From an uncultured cyanobacterium (GTDB lineage: Bacteria > Cyanobacteriota > Cyanobacteriia > Pseudanabaenales > Pseudanabaenaceae), in contig OY969811.1 in assembly GCA_963703315.1 (NCBI GenBank), positions 2,976,001-3,040,000 on the forward strand: a stretch of 64,000 nucleotides of DNA, read 5' to 3'. The notes below the pieces were generated by a model that saw nothing but the letters and a program-made list of their open reading frames with translations, did not search any database and had not been told where the DNA came from. The position numbers were made by a program, and so were the translations under genes. Each line of letters starts with the position of its first letter. Position 1 is the first letter of the stretch. Shown here piece after piece: positions 37,264-46,681 of this stretch.

Positions 37264-37962
37264 TGGTTTTGGCACGATCGCCTCAATCGGTAAATCCTCA
37301 CTGAGTAGATAATTAACCGCTTTGTCACTGAGGAGCATGGCTTTAGAAAGGAGCGATCGCGCTGTGCTATTGGGGGGCAGATAAAGCTGAATGATTTTGC
37401 GTTTAATTAATGGTGATTGAGGAGAAAGCCTACTACGAGCATTGCGCCATTCTGCATCAGATCGACAAAACAGCCGTAGCGCTAGATCAACGGTGGGTTG
37501 GCGACAATTAGTTTCATCATTATTCAGAAAAGTATAAATCCGTTCATAACGACGGCTAATTTCGGGCGCAAGGCAAAGAATTAACAGGTCGCGCTCAAAG
37601 TTTCCTAGCTCTAGGCGATCGCACAAAGTGGGAATCGCTAAACGAATATGGTGATGATGACTAGCTTCAAGGCGATCGCCATAACGTCCCAGAGGATGGG
37701 TAATCTGTGGGGGATGATTGGGAACGAGACTACCGCCTTTAGAAGGATCGATCGCAATAAATCCTTTCCACCAATGACTAGTGGAGCGATCGGCGGCGGA
37801 CTTGGCGACGCGATCAATTTCCTGATTGCTTTGGCGTTGCTTTGACAGAGATCGCATCAAGACGCGATCAAGCCACGCTAATTCGGCTTTGAGATAGGAC
37901 CAGTTATCAGCAAATGGTTGAACTTCAGGAAAAGTAGGAACTTCACCCGTTTCGGGGATCAT
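37249..37962 (-). CDS. Protein resembling the N-terminal winged-helix region of cyanobacterial AAA ATPases, without an ATPase domain
   Basis: FADNWSYLKAELAWLDRVL, SHWWKG, FERDLLILCLAPE, PTVDLALRL; no Walker A motif. Confidence 0.6.
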   Translation of the reverse strand: MIPETGEVPTFPEVQPFADNWSYLKAELAWLDRVLMRSLSKQRQSNQEIDRVAKSAADRSTSHWWKGFIAIDPSKGGSLVPNHPPQITHPLGRYGDRLEASHHHHIRLAIPTLCDRLELGNFERDLLILCLAPEISRRYERIYTFLNNDETNCRQPTVDLALRLFCRSDAEWRNARSRLSPQSPLIKRKIIQLYLPPNSTARSLLSKAMLLSDKAVNYLLSEDLPIEAIVPKPRAKK

Positions 37963-38855
37963 GCTATGCCTCGACGCAAAGTGCCACGAATGAATATACC
38001 GACAAATATACCGAAACCTAATAAAGCGATCGCGGCATTAGCGATCGTCATATTTCCCCAAGGAGCCGTAAACACCACGCTATCCCATGCCCATGTACCG
38101 TGACTATAGACATAACGAATCGGCTCGATCGCCCAAGATAGGGGATTGAGGCTAGCAATCCATTGTAACCAAGTAGGCATAAAGGCAAGGGGCGCAAGGG
38201 CGGTACTCGAAAACATCAAGGGTAAATTAACTAAGAAAATAAAAGCGAGCATCTCTTGATGTCCTGGCATCGCAAAGGCAAGCCCCAGACTGAGCATCGT
38301 AAAATCTACAATCAATAGCATTAAAATTAGCGCCATCACCGCTAAACCACTTAAACTCGGTAAACCCGCCCCCATCAAGCCACTCACCGAGACGATCGCC
38401 ACAGTTTGCACCATGCTCAAGGCAATGATAAAAATAGCGGAAGCAATAATGATCGAAAAGCGGGAAACTAGAGGGGCAACGAGGATGCGATTGAGAAAAC
38501 CAAATTCGCGATCGAACAGCATGGGCAATCCTGAATTCAGGGCGCTGCTAAATGCCGTAAATACAATAATCCCCGCCGCTAAAAACTGTACATAGGTCTG
38601 ACCATCTCCGACTAAACCTTTAGGTAAACCACTAAATAAGGCTCCAAACAACAATAACCACATCAAGGGTTGCAACACACCTGCGATCAGTGTAGTAGGG
38701 CGACGACGTAGTTGAATAAACAAGCGTGTCGTTAACGCCATCACTTCTTGACGAAAATCAGCAGATCCAAAATTAGGGCTTGGTCGCTTAGGAAGGGATA
38801 GCTGCGGAGATTGTGGTTCTGGAGTTTGTAAAGGTGGGAGGGAAGTCTGAGTCAT
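37959..38855 (-). CDS. ABC-2 transporter permease (Ycf38-like)
   Basis: RLFIQLRRRPTTL, GLPMLFDREFGFLNR, LNPLSWAIEP. Confidence 0.88.
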   Translation of the reverse strand: MTQTSLPPLQTPEPQSPQLSLPKRPSPNFGSADFRQEVMALTTRLFIQLRRRPTTLIAGVLQPLMWLLLFGALFSGLPKGLVGDGQTYVQFLAAGIIVFTAFSSALNSGLPMLFDREFGFLNRILVAPLVSRFSIIIASAIFIIALSMVQTVAIVSVSGLMGAGLPSLSGLAVMALILMLLIVDFTMLSLGLAFAMPGHQEMLAFIFLVNLPLMFSSTALAPLAFMPTWLQWIASLNPLSWAIEPIRYVYSHGTWAWDSVVFTAPWGNMTIANAAIALLGFGIFVGIFIRGTLRRGIA

Positions 38856-38898
38856 ATCATTAATCTGTACAAATTAGCCACAATATCAATCATAGCGT

Positions 38899-39006
38899 TA
38901 AGTAGCTGGGCATAATTAAAAAACCAAATCCAAAACCTGTGGCGCACGCTGCGCGTGCGCCACAGGTTTTGGGGTTTTATATTTAATTGCGTCCAGCAGC
39001 TACTTA
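38899..39006. mobile_element. MITE, inverted copy of the 18053-18156 element
   Basis: TAAGTAGCT...AGCTACTTA ends; central TGTGGCGCACGC-TGC-GCGTGCGCCACA. Confidence 0.8.
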
Positions 39007-39014
39007 TTAATCTA

Positions 39015-40274
39015 ATGACAGAAAAACTCAGCAAAAAACGCTACTCCACCCATCTGTTTGATGTTACTCAGGACATCATTGGTGCATTGCCCCTGAAATT
39101 AGTCGAGCAATGGCTCAGTGGCGAACAAACCTATGAGGATGCCTTAAAACTCCTTGAGAAACATCAAGTACAGGGATATAGCGTATCTTCTGACTCTGTG
39201 GGGCTGACGCGGCTCTGTCAACAAAGGGGACTACTAGAAATTTTGGCAATTATTAATCAGCCGAAAAAGATTGTCTATGGCTATGGCAAAGCGATCGCTG
39301 GAGAAAGTGTGGGGATATGGGCAGCGGACAATACGCAGATGTTTTATCCAGATTCTCTGGATGCGACAACTCTCGTTTCGATGCTACTGACGGTTCAAGA
39401 TGAAATCGAGCGCAGTTGCCAAATCAAGATTGGGATTGGCGCTCACTATGGCAGTTTTTATCAAATTAGTGGTGGTTTATATGGCATAGAAGCTGATGAA
39501 ATCGAAGATATTGCCGAGAATCATACCGATGGTGGCGAGATTTTAATCAGTCAAGCGATATGCGATCGCCTACCCGCAAATCATAATTTTCTCCTTGAGC
39601 AACGTCATGATTTACAAACAGAGATTGGGAAGATCTATCGCGTATTGGATGGAACGAGATTAACGCAGGTGCAACCAGTCGATCAACGTTATCCAATCCC
39701 CTATTCTGAAGACTTTTATGCAGATTTATTGGAATATGAAACTCGACTTGCGGATCATGAGTTTACGCATTATCTCAATGATAAATATATGCAACATAAA
39801 GTCGTAGTACTAATTGAGAGCAAAAATGAGTCTGTGGATACCCATGAGGTTTCGATGTTCAATCAGCTAGCATTTTCCGCACTCATGAAAGATATTGGAA
39901 TAAAACTGCTAGAGCCAATTGATCCTCAATTAGAGTCGGAGATCAAAGTAGTTAGTTCTCTAGGAATTTATGCTTTTGACGAAGTTGCCACTGCTCTTAA
40001 TTTTGCTCAAACCTTTCGTCAAGAGCTAGCCAAGCAAGATATCACCTGTCGCATTGGGGTTGATCATGGTGAAGTTTTAATTTTCAATCTAGCTGTTGGT
40101 ACTAAAGATATAGCAGGAATGCCTGTCAATATGGCTTCTAAAATGGCTCAAGATAAAGGCGAATTTGGTAAGCTATATTTGAGTGCATCGCTCAAGGATA
40201 TGGCAGATTTCACTGGTCTGAACGAAATTCATTACAAAATTTCTGGAGTGGAAATAACGGCTTATGAAGGGTAA
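39015..40274 (+). CDS. Class III nucleotide cyclase-like protein with two tandem cyclase domains
   Basis: Domain 1: SSDSVGLT, AADN, IGIGAHYG, GGEILIS. Domain 2: EIKV, RIGVDHGEV, KDIAGMPVNMASK, GKLYLS. The ORF-track start at 38955 lies inside the MITE, so MTEKL was used. Confidence 0.75.
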   Translation: MTEKLSKKRYSTHLFDVTQDIIGALPLKLVEQWLSGEQTYEDALKLLEKHQVQGYSVSSDSVGLTRLCQQRGLLEILAIINQPKKIVYGYGKAIAGESVGIWAADNTQMFYPDSLDATTLVSMLLTVQDEIERSCQIKIGIGAHYGSFYQISGGLYGIEADEIEDIAENHTDGGEILISQAICDRLPANHNFLLEQRHDLQTEIGKIYRVLDGTRLTQVQPVDQRYPIPYSEDFYADLLEYETRLADHEFTHYLNDKYMQHKVVVLIESKNESVDTHEVSMFNQLAFSALMKDIGIKLLEPIDPQLESEIKVVSSLGIYAFDEVATALNFAQTFRQELAKQDITCRIGVDHGEVLIFNLAVGTKDIAGMPVNMASKMAQDKGEFGKLYLSASLKDMADFTGLNEIHYKISGVEITAYEG

Positions 40275-42003
40275 TTGGATTAAGATAATCTGCTTAAGTT
40301 TCTTGATATGGGCATTGGTCATATCACCTCTAATGGCAATTCCCATTAATGACATTCCCAATCCTCGCAAATTAAATGGAACTTGGGTAAGTGATGTGGC
40401 GAATATTCTGAGTGCAGATACAGAATCACAAATCAATCAAAGAATCTCTCAGTTAGAGGCTCGCAATGGTACAGAAATCGCCGTGGTAACTGTTCCTGAT
40501 ACAGCGCCAGCAAACAGTGTGAAATCCTATACTACAGAGTTATTTAATACTTGGGGAATTGGTAAACGCGGCATTGATAATGGCGTATTATTTCTAATTG
40601 CAGTTAAGGAACGAAGAATAGAGATAGAAACTGGGCGCGGAATTACTCCACATATTAATAACGATCAGGTCGTGCAAATTATTGAAACAAAGATTAAGCC
40701 AGAATTTAAACTTCAGAACTTTGATCAGGGCGCAATCAAAGGCGTAGAAGAATTAGCAAGTCGCCTAGAGGTAGTGAGTTTTATCCCAATCAAAAATCAA
40801 AGCTCTTTCAATATCCTGATATATCAGTTGATAGGAATTAGCGGTATAGCGATCGCCATTGGTGGCATTATTTGGACAGTTTTAAAAATCAACAAATGGT
40901 GTGAGCAATTACCAAATACATCCAAATCATTGCAAAGCCCTCTAGTATTCCAATTAGAAGCCCCAAAAATCTATGAGGTGGCGAAGCAGCCATTGTTATT
41001 AATTGCTTTGGGGATAGGGGCGATCGCCGTTAGCGTTTGTGCGTTGCTAGTAAGTAACTCATCAACAAGTTTGTCATTAATGGATAGAAAATTTAGTGAT
41101 TTAATTTTTCGTGATATTGTACCAATTAATTTTGTTATTCCATTAGTCAGTCTCCCAATGTGGTTCGGACTTGCTTATTACTGGTCAACAAAATTGTCAA
41201 AAGTCTTACAAAGAGAAAGACATTCCTTATGGATACGCTTTTTTAAGACACTCGGCAAGAATTTACTTCTGCTATTAATGCTCGAAATTTATCTTTCCGT
41301 AGCAGTAGCAATCTTAACATTACTGAGTGTTAATTCTATCTTTGTCAGATATCTGTTATTTGTCATAATCATTTTAATCATCGCAATTAGCTATCAATTA
41401 TTTTTAATCTATGTGATCAATAATCTAGCGGCATACGATGAAAAAAATGTTAAAGATCAGTATTTTTGTGCAACTTGTCGTACACCTACTCAACGTCTAG
41501 ATGAGGCATTATTTGATAAATATCTCACTAAGCCAGAACAACAGGCAGTTGCGTTAGGCAATGCCACTTATGCATTATATTCTTGCGATCGCTGTCATCC
41601 CCTAACTAGTCAAATCACTAGTCAAATCACTAGTCAAAATGGTAAAGGCGATCGTCAACATATTTATTGCCATCCCCATATTTTAAAAGAAGAATCTATT
41701 TGTCCTAAATGTAAATATCCGACGGCGATCGCTACAGATCTCAAGCAATCTCGCAAGCCCAAAAAATTCCCGAAGCAAGGCTCTAAAGAGGCGATTAGTA
41801 TCTTGCAATGCCAAAACTGTTTCCATGAGCAACCAGTTTATCCCTATGTCGCTAGTACTAGAAATTATTTCAGTGATCATAGCTCAGACTATAGCTCTAG
41901 CAGTTCTTCGAGTGATTCCTCCGATTATGGAAGTAGTTCTTCCTCTAGCAGTGATTTTGGCGGCGGGGGCAGCGATGGGGGCGGGGGCGGGAGTGACTGG
42001 TAA
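40264..42003 (+). CDS. TPM-domain membrane protein with Cys motifs and a Ser/Gly-rich tail
   Basis: WVSDVANIL, EIAVVTV, FNTWGIG, DNGVL, IEIETGRG; CxxC pairs; FGGGGSDGGGGGSDW end. Confidence 0.88.
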   Translation: MKGNWIKIICLSFLIWALVISPLMAIPINDIPNPRKLNGTWVSDVANILSADTESQINQRISQLEARNGTEIAVVTVPDTAPANSVKSYTTELFNTWGIGKRGIDNGVLFLIAVKERRIEIETGRGITPHINNDQVVQIIETKIKPEFKLQNFDQGAIKGVEELASRLEVVSFIPIKNQSSFNILIYQLIGISGIAIAIGGIIWTVLKINKWCEQLPNTSKSLQSPLVFQLEAPKIYEVAKQPLLLIALGIGAIAVSVCALLVSNSSTSLSLMDRKFSDLIFRDIVPINFVIPLVSLPMWFGLAYYWSTKLSKVLQRERHSLWIRFFKTLGKNLLLLLMLEIYLSVAVAILTLLSVNSIFVRYLLFVIIILIIAISYQLFLIYVINNLAAYDEKNVKDQYFCATCRTPTQRLDEALFDKYLTKPEQQAVALGNATYALYSCDRCHPLTSQITSQITSQNGKGDRQHIYCHPHILKEESICPKCKYPTAIATDLKQSRKPKKFPKQGSKEAISILQCQNCFHEQPVYPYVASTRNYFSDHSSDYSSSSSSSDSSDYGSSSSSSSDFGGGGSDGGGGGSDW

Positions 42004-42119
42004 TTAACTTTTGTAATGACATTGCCAGCATCTTCTTTTAAACTTATCGATAAACCTATAATAGAACTGGAAGATAAAGACACCTTCATCTTTCACACAG
42101 CACATTGGAGGTTAAAGCA

Positions 42120-44348
42120 ATGTATGTAGAATGGCAGGGCTTTACGGAAGGCAGTTGGACAAGAGAAATTAACGTTAGGGATTTTATCCAAAAAAATTAC
42201 ACTCCCTACGAAGGATCTGCCGAATTTCTAGTTGCACCCACCGCAAACACCAAGCAGCTTTGGGATGAAGTCTTAGAACTGATGAAGCTGGAACGCGAAA
42301 AGGGGGTATTGGATGTTGACACAAAGATTCCTACGGGAATCGCTGTCCATGACGCAGGATATATCAACCGCGAACTAGAACAAATTGTCGGTTTGCAGAC
42401 TGATAAGCCACTCAAACGCGCCATCATGCCCTATGGCGGTATTCGCGTGGTCAAGGCAGGTTTAGAAGCCTATGGCTATCAACTTGATCCTGAGACAGAA
42501 GAAATTTTTACTAAATATCGTAAGACCCATAACGATGGTGTATTTGATGCCTACACCACTGAAATGCGAAAGGCAAGGAAATCAGGGATCATCACAGGTT
42601 TGCCCGATGCCTATGGTCGTGGACGCATTATTGGTGACTATCGCCGTGTTGCTCTCTATGGAGTCGATCGCCTGATTGATGACAAAAAGACCCAGAAAGA
42701 TTCTCTCGAATTGGATGTAATGGATGAAGAAACCATCCGTTTGCGGGAAGAAATTTCTGAACAGATTCGAGCCTTGCTAGAACTCAAGGAAATGGCAGCG
42801 AAGTACGGCTTTGACATTGGTCGTCCTGCGATGACCGCTAAAGAAGCAGTGCAGTGGCTCTATTTTGCCTACTTAGGCGCGGTCAAAGAACAAAATGGGG
42901 CTGCTATGTCCCTCGGTCGCGTTTCGACGTTTCTCGATATCTATTTCGAGCGCGATTTGGCTAAAGGCGCAATCACCGAAACAGAACTGCAAGAACTGGT
43001 CGATCATTTTGTGATGAAGTTACGCATGGTACGCTTCTTGCGGACGACCGATTACAATGAGCTATTCTCAGGCGATCCCACATGGGTAACCGAAGCGATC
43101 GGTGGGATGAGTGCCGATGGTCGCACTTTAGTGACCAAAAACAGCTTCCGATTCCTGCATACCCTCGTCAATCTTGGAGCCGCACCAGAGCCTAACTTGA
43201 CTGTATTGTGGTCAGAACATTTACCCGATAGCTTTAAGCAATTCTGTGCCAAGGTTTCCAGCGATACTAGTTCGATCCAATATGAAAACGATGACTTGAT
43301 GCGTCCAACCTACGGTGATGACTATGCGATCGCCTGTTGTGTATCAGTGATGCGAATTGGTAAACAGATGCAATTCTTCGGCGCTAGGGTGAACTTAGCG
43401 AAAGCCCTGCTCTATGCGATCAATGGTGGTAAGGATGAAAAGTCTGGGCAGCAAGTTGCACTAGAGTTTGCACCGATTACCAGTGAATATCTCGATTACC
43501 ATGAAGTTAACGATCGCTTGCAGCAAATGATGGCATGGCTGGCGAAGGCATACATCAACACGCTGAATGTCATTCACTATATGCATGACAAGTATTGCTA
43601 CGAACGTCTGGAGATGGCACTACACGATCGCGATGTCTATCGGACGATGGCTTGTGGGATCGCTGGTTTGTCAGTAGTGACGGACTCGCTCTCGGCAATT
43701 AAATATACCAAAGTGAAGGTGATTCGCAACGAGCAAGGCTTAGCGGTAGATTACGAAATCGAAGGCGAATATCCTAAGTATGGCAATAACGATGATCGCG
43801 TGGATAGTATGGCGATCGACCTTGTGGCAAAGTTTATGAATGAGATCCGCAAACATCCCGCCTATCGTCATGCCGTGCCTACGCAATCGGTACTCACGAT
43901 TACTTCCAATGTGGTCTATGGCAAGAAAACGGGCAACACTCCCGATGGACGTAGGGCGGGTGAACCCTTTGCCCCCGGTGCTAACCCTATGCATGGACGC
44001 GACAGTTGCGGTGCGATCGCCTCGCTCTCATCGGTTGCCAAACTGCCCTATAGCGATTGCCAAGACGGTATCTCGAATACTTTCTCAATTATGCCAAGTG
44101 CCTTGGGTAGACAGGAAAGCGATCGTACGAATAACCTCGTGAGTTTGCTAGATGGCTATTTCCACGATGGCGGTCATCACATTAACGTCAATGCCCTTGA
44201 CCGCAGCACCTTACTCGATGCGATGGAACATCCTGAAAAGTATCCACAGCTTACAATTCGGGTTTCGGGCTATGCTGTCAACTTCATCAAGCTCACCCGT
44301 GAGCAGCAAATGGATGTGATTAAACGCACGTTCCATGAACGAGTATAG
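42120..44348 (+). CDS. pflB: Pyruvate formate-lyase
   Basis: [17 protein letters not shown], active-site IACCVS, glycyl-radical RVSGYAV; GGAGG RBS. Confidence 0.97.
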   Translation: MYVEWQGFTEGSWTREINVRDFIQKNYTPYEGSAEFLVAPTANTKQLWDEVLELMKLEREKGVLDVDTKIPTGIAVHDAGYINRELEQIVGLQTDKPLKRAIMPYGGIRVVKAGLEAYGYQLDPETEEIFTKYRKTHNDGVFDAYTTEMRKARKSGIITGLPDAYGRGRIIGDYRRVALYGVDRLIDDKKTQKDSLELDVMDEETIRLREEISEQIRALLELKEMAAKYGFDIGRPAMTAKEAVQWLYFAYLGAVKEQNGAAMSLGRVSTFLDIYFERDLAKGAITETELQELVDHFVMKLRMVRFLRTTDYNELFSGDPTWVTEAIGGMSADGRTLVTKNSFRFLHTLVNLGAAPEPNLTVLWSEHLPDSFKQFCAKVSSDTSSIQYENDDLMRPTYGDDYAIACCVSVMRIGKQMQFFGARVNLAKALLYAINGGKDEKSGQQVALEFAPITSEYLDYHEVNDRLQQMMAWLAKAYINTLNVIHYMHDKYCYERLEMALHDRDVYRTMACGIAGLSVVTDSLSAIKYTKVKVIRNEQGLAVDYEIEGEYPKYGNNDDRVDSMAIDLVAKFMNEIRKHPAYRHAVPTQSVLTITSNVVYGKKTGNTPDGRRAGEPFAPGANPMHGRDSCGAIASLSSVAKLPYSDCQDGISNTFSIMPSALGRQESDRTNNLVSLLDGYFHDGGHHINVNALDRSTLLDAMEHPEKYPQLTIRVSGYAVNFIKLTREQQMDVIKRTFHERV

Positions 44349-44373
44349 GTTTTCTGGTTATCAAACCCTTATC

Positions 44374-44416
44374 CAAATTGAACCTCGTAAAGTGACACTT
44401 TACGAGGTTCAATTTG
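44374..44416. terminator. 21-bp perfect inverted repeat after pflB
   Basis: CAAATTGAACCTCGTAAAGTG-A-CACTTTACGAGGTTCAATTTG. Confidence 0.6.
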
Positions 44417-44533
44417 TAATCGCCTCAAACATTTATACTTCCATCAAAAAGCAATCTTCTCAAAGTTCCAACTATTTTGAGAAATATTCAAATCAATCAT
44501 CAAATTGCGTACAATATGATTAATTTTTAAATC

Positions 44534-44722
44534 ATGCAAGATACTGTCGAATATAACTGTGCTTTTTGCGGAGAGCCCAATATGACATTCGTTGACTTCA
44601 GTGCTGGAATGCACCAGTCCTATGTGGAAGATTGTGAGGTATGTTGCCAACCAAATGTGTTATATATCCAAATTGATGAAGAGACTCTAGATGTTGAAAT
44701 TAGCAGTGAACCAGAAAGTTAG
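44534..44722 (+). CDS. CPXCG-motif cysteine-rich small protein
   Basis: CAFCGE...YVEDCEVCCQPN. Confidence 0.85.
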   Translation: MQDTVEYNCAFCGEPNMTFVDFSAGMHQSYVEDCEVCCQPNVLYIQIDEETLDVEISSEPES

Positions 44723-44864
44723 TTTCTGACATTCATAGCCTCATTGATGTGCGCGTTATCAAAGAAGTTTGCTTTAAATAAAGTCATTCCCCCTAATCTC
44801 AATCATAAAGCGATCGCCCCCAGCATAACCAACAACACAAAACAGCGATCGCCCCTATCTCTGG

Positions 44865-45122
44865 CTATTCATAATGTGACCATACAGAGACAACTCTGAT
44901 GGTTTTAGTTTCATCATTGACTGAATAAACTAAACGATGCTTGATATTGATTCGCCTTGAGCAATATCCTTTCAAGTTACCTGAAAGTTTTTCATAGGGA
45001 GGTTCATAGGGATTCTGTTTGAGAATTTCTAGCAAAGATGCGAGGTTTGAGTCTAAATTAGCAGACTTCAACTTTTTGGCATCCTTAATCACATTTCGAC
45101 TAAATTCAATCTTCCAGTCCAT
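44865..45122 (-). CDS. yoeB: Txe/YoeB family toxin
   Basis: PYEKLSGNLKG..SRRINIKHRLVY...WSHYE. Confidence 0.9.
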   Translation of the reverse strand: MDWKIEFSRNVIKDAKKLKSANLDSNLASLLEILKQNPYEPPYEKLSGNLKGYCSRRINIKHRLVYSVNDETKTIRVVSVWSHYE

Positions 45123-45369
45123 TCAAGGCTCCTAGAAACTCATCCTCAGAAACCCAATCATTTGTTTCTTCGGCGGCTCTAATTGATTCAACCAAGTTAG
45201 GTATAGACTGTAGATATAGAGTTTCCTGTATGCTTTCCCAATCAGATTTAGAGAGCAGTACTGCGTCACCTTGCCGACTCGTAATAAATCTTGGTAAATG
45301 ATCCTTGTTAACTTGCTCGACTAAGCTGAACAAGTTGGCTCTCGCTTCACTCGCGTTAAGAATTTTCAT
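45106..45369 (-). CDS. yefM: Phd/YefM family antitoxin
   Basis: ASEARANLFSLVEQV, AVLLSKSDWESIQETLYL; overlaps the toxin start. Confidence 0.9.
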   Translation of the reverse strand: MKILNASEARANLFSLVEQVNKDHLPRFITSRQGDAVLLSKSDWESIQETLYLQSIPNLVESIRAAEETNDWVSEDEFLGALNGLED

Positions 45370-45385
45370 TCGGAAACCCAAACTC

Positions 45386-45401
45386 GTACAATTAATTGTA
45401 C
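45386..45401. promoter_or_regulatory. Probable autoregulatory operator of yefM-yoeB
   Basis: Perfect palindrome GTACAATTAATTGTAC 17 bp upstream of the antitoxin start; GTAC-cored palindromes are typical YefM operators. Confidence 0.6.
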
Positions 45402-45488
45402 CACTTTTTTGTTGAGGCGATCGCTCCCAACCCCAACACAACCAACAACATCAAACAGCGATTTTATCAATTCCCAGTGGCTAACTGA

Positions 45489-45932
45489 TCAAATAAGCTC
45501 CAAATCGTTATAAACACTCGGATCGTACAGAACTACATTTTCCTGCTCATTGGGATCATTACGAGAAACGATCGCATGGGCGGCTTCTGTATCACTGAGA
45601 TTATGGGGTTGATGTGGGACACCTGCGGGAATGAAGATAAAATCACCAGCTTCATTAATTACTGATTGGCTCAGCCCTTGACCATAGCGAGTTTCTACTC
45701 TTCCCTTAACTAAATAAATAGCAGTTTCATAGTCACGATGAAAATGTGGCTCGGCTGCACCACCTGCGGGAATGATCACCAAATTCATCGAGATTCCCTT
45801 TGCTCCTGCCGTAGCCCCAGAGATTCCTACAAAATAGGGCAGCTTTTGCAATGTGGCGGTTTCGCGATCGGGACGAACTGTGATGATTTGACTAGAATGG
45901 TCAGGTAATTGCTCAGAATCAGAATTAACCAT
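45489..45932 (-). CDS. Cupin-domain protein
   Basis: PHFHRDYETAIY, GDFIFIPAGVPHQP. Confidence 0.88.
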   Translation of the reverse strand: MVNSDSEQLPDHSSQIITVRPDRETATLQKLPYFVGISGATAGAKGISMNLVIIPAGGAAEPHFHRDYETAIYLVKGRVETRYGQGLSQSVINEAGDFIFIPAGVPHQPHNLSDTEAAHAIVSRNDPNEQENVVLYDPSVYNDLELI

Positions 45933-45998
45933 AGCAATTAGAGATAGTTTTTGTGTTTAGCAGTACTTGCTACAAGTACTAATTACATCATTAATCAT

Positions 45999-46064
45999 AT
46001 ACTCATCAAAAAAGTTAGGATAGTAAGCCCTAAGTAAGTTTTTGGTAACTCTTGCAAATCAGTA
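45999..46064 (+). repeat. Left copy of a ~66-bp imperfect direct repeat
   Basis: Aligns with 50310-50376 at about 55/67 positions (manual count). Confidence 0.85.
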
Positions 46065-46194
46065 TGCGATCGCAAAGAGCATTTTACGCTCGATGATTTA
46101 AAGGTTTGCAAAATCATTCTTTTCAGCGATCAATTTTCTGCTAGATCTGTGCTTCTCAAAAATTGTCGCTTTCACTGCCAGCTAGAGGTAAGTT

Positions 46195-46473
46195 TTATTT
46201 TCTCTTGTAAATATCTCCTCTAAAGTCGATCTCATAAATTAATAACTCTTCAACGCTTGTACAAAAAATAACTCGCATTTTACCTACGCGCATTCTTTGA
46301 TAGCCTTTCCATTCACCCTTGAGATTTTTAATGTCTAGTTCTTGAAACGGGATTGAACCACTTTCTTCAATGGAGAGTACAAGCGTTTTCAGCTTTTCCC
46401 GTATTCGCTCTTGGTCTGTTGAGGACAGGGCATTTAAGAATTTGATTGCATTTTTGCTGAATTTAACTTTCAT
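46195..46473 (-). CDS. RelE/ParE family toxin
   Basis: VKFSKNAIKFL...LKGEWKGYQRMRVGKMRVIF...RGDIYK. Confidence 0.88.
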   Translation of the reverse strand: MKVKFSKNAIKFLNALSSTDQERIREKLKTLVLSIEESGSIPFQELDIKNLKGEWKGYQRMRVGKMRVIFCTSVEELLIYEIDFRGDIYKRK

Positions 46474-46667
46474 GATTTGATCCAATCGGTCATGTCAATA
46501 AATTCTTCGGGAGCATATTGTGATGGGGTGGCAAATTTTGCTCCGATTTCGTGGATCTCTTTATCACTGACAAGTGGGATTAGGGCAAGAAAAAGAGATA
46601 AGCGTTCTTCTCTCAAGACTTCGCGAACACTTTGCTTGATAATGTCTCTAAGCATTTGGGCTTCCAT
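46470..46667 (-). CDS. Putative antitoxin upstream of the RelE-like toxin
   Basis: Small acidic-tailed ORF (MEAQMLRDIIKQSVREVLREE...) with an ATGA overlap to the toxin. Confidence 0.7.
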   Translation of the reverse strand: MEAQMLRDIIKQSVREVLREERLSLFLALIPLVSDKEIHEIGAKFATPSQYAPEEFIDMTDWIKS

Positions 46668-46681
46668 AGTTGTATCTCCGA

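Noticed and set aside
38955..39014. N-terminal extension of the two-domain cyclase in the ORF track
   Set aside because: Derived from MITE sequence; the ATG at 39015 is more plausible.
41606..41640. 12-bp tandem repeat (TSQI)x3 in the TPM gene
   Set aside because: Small in-frame slippage with no sign of function.
42005..42119. FNR/Rex-type anaerobic box upstream of pflB
   Set aside because: No convincing match to either consensus.
44335..44523. 62-aa ORF after pflB
   Set aside because: Runs through a long palindrome and has no recognisable features.
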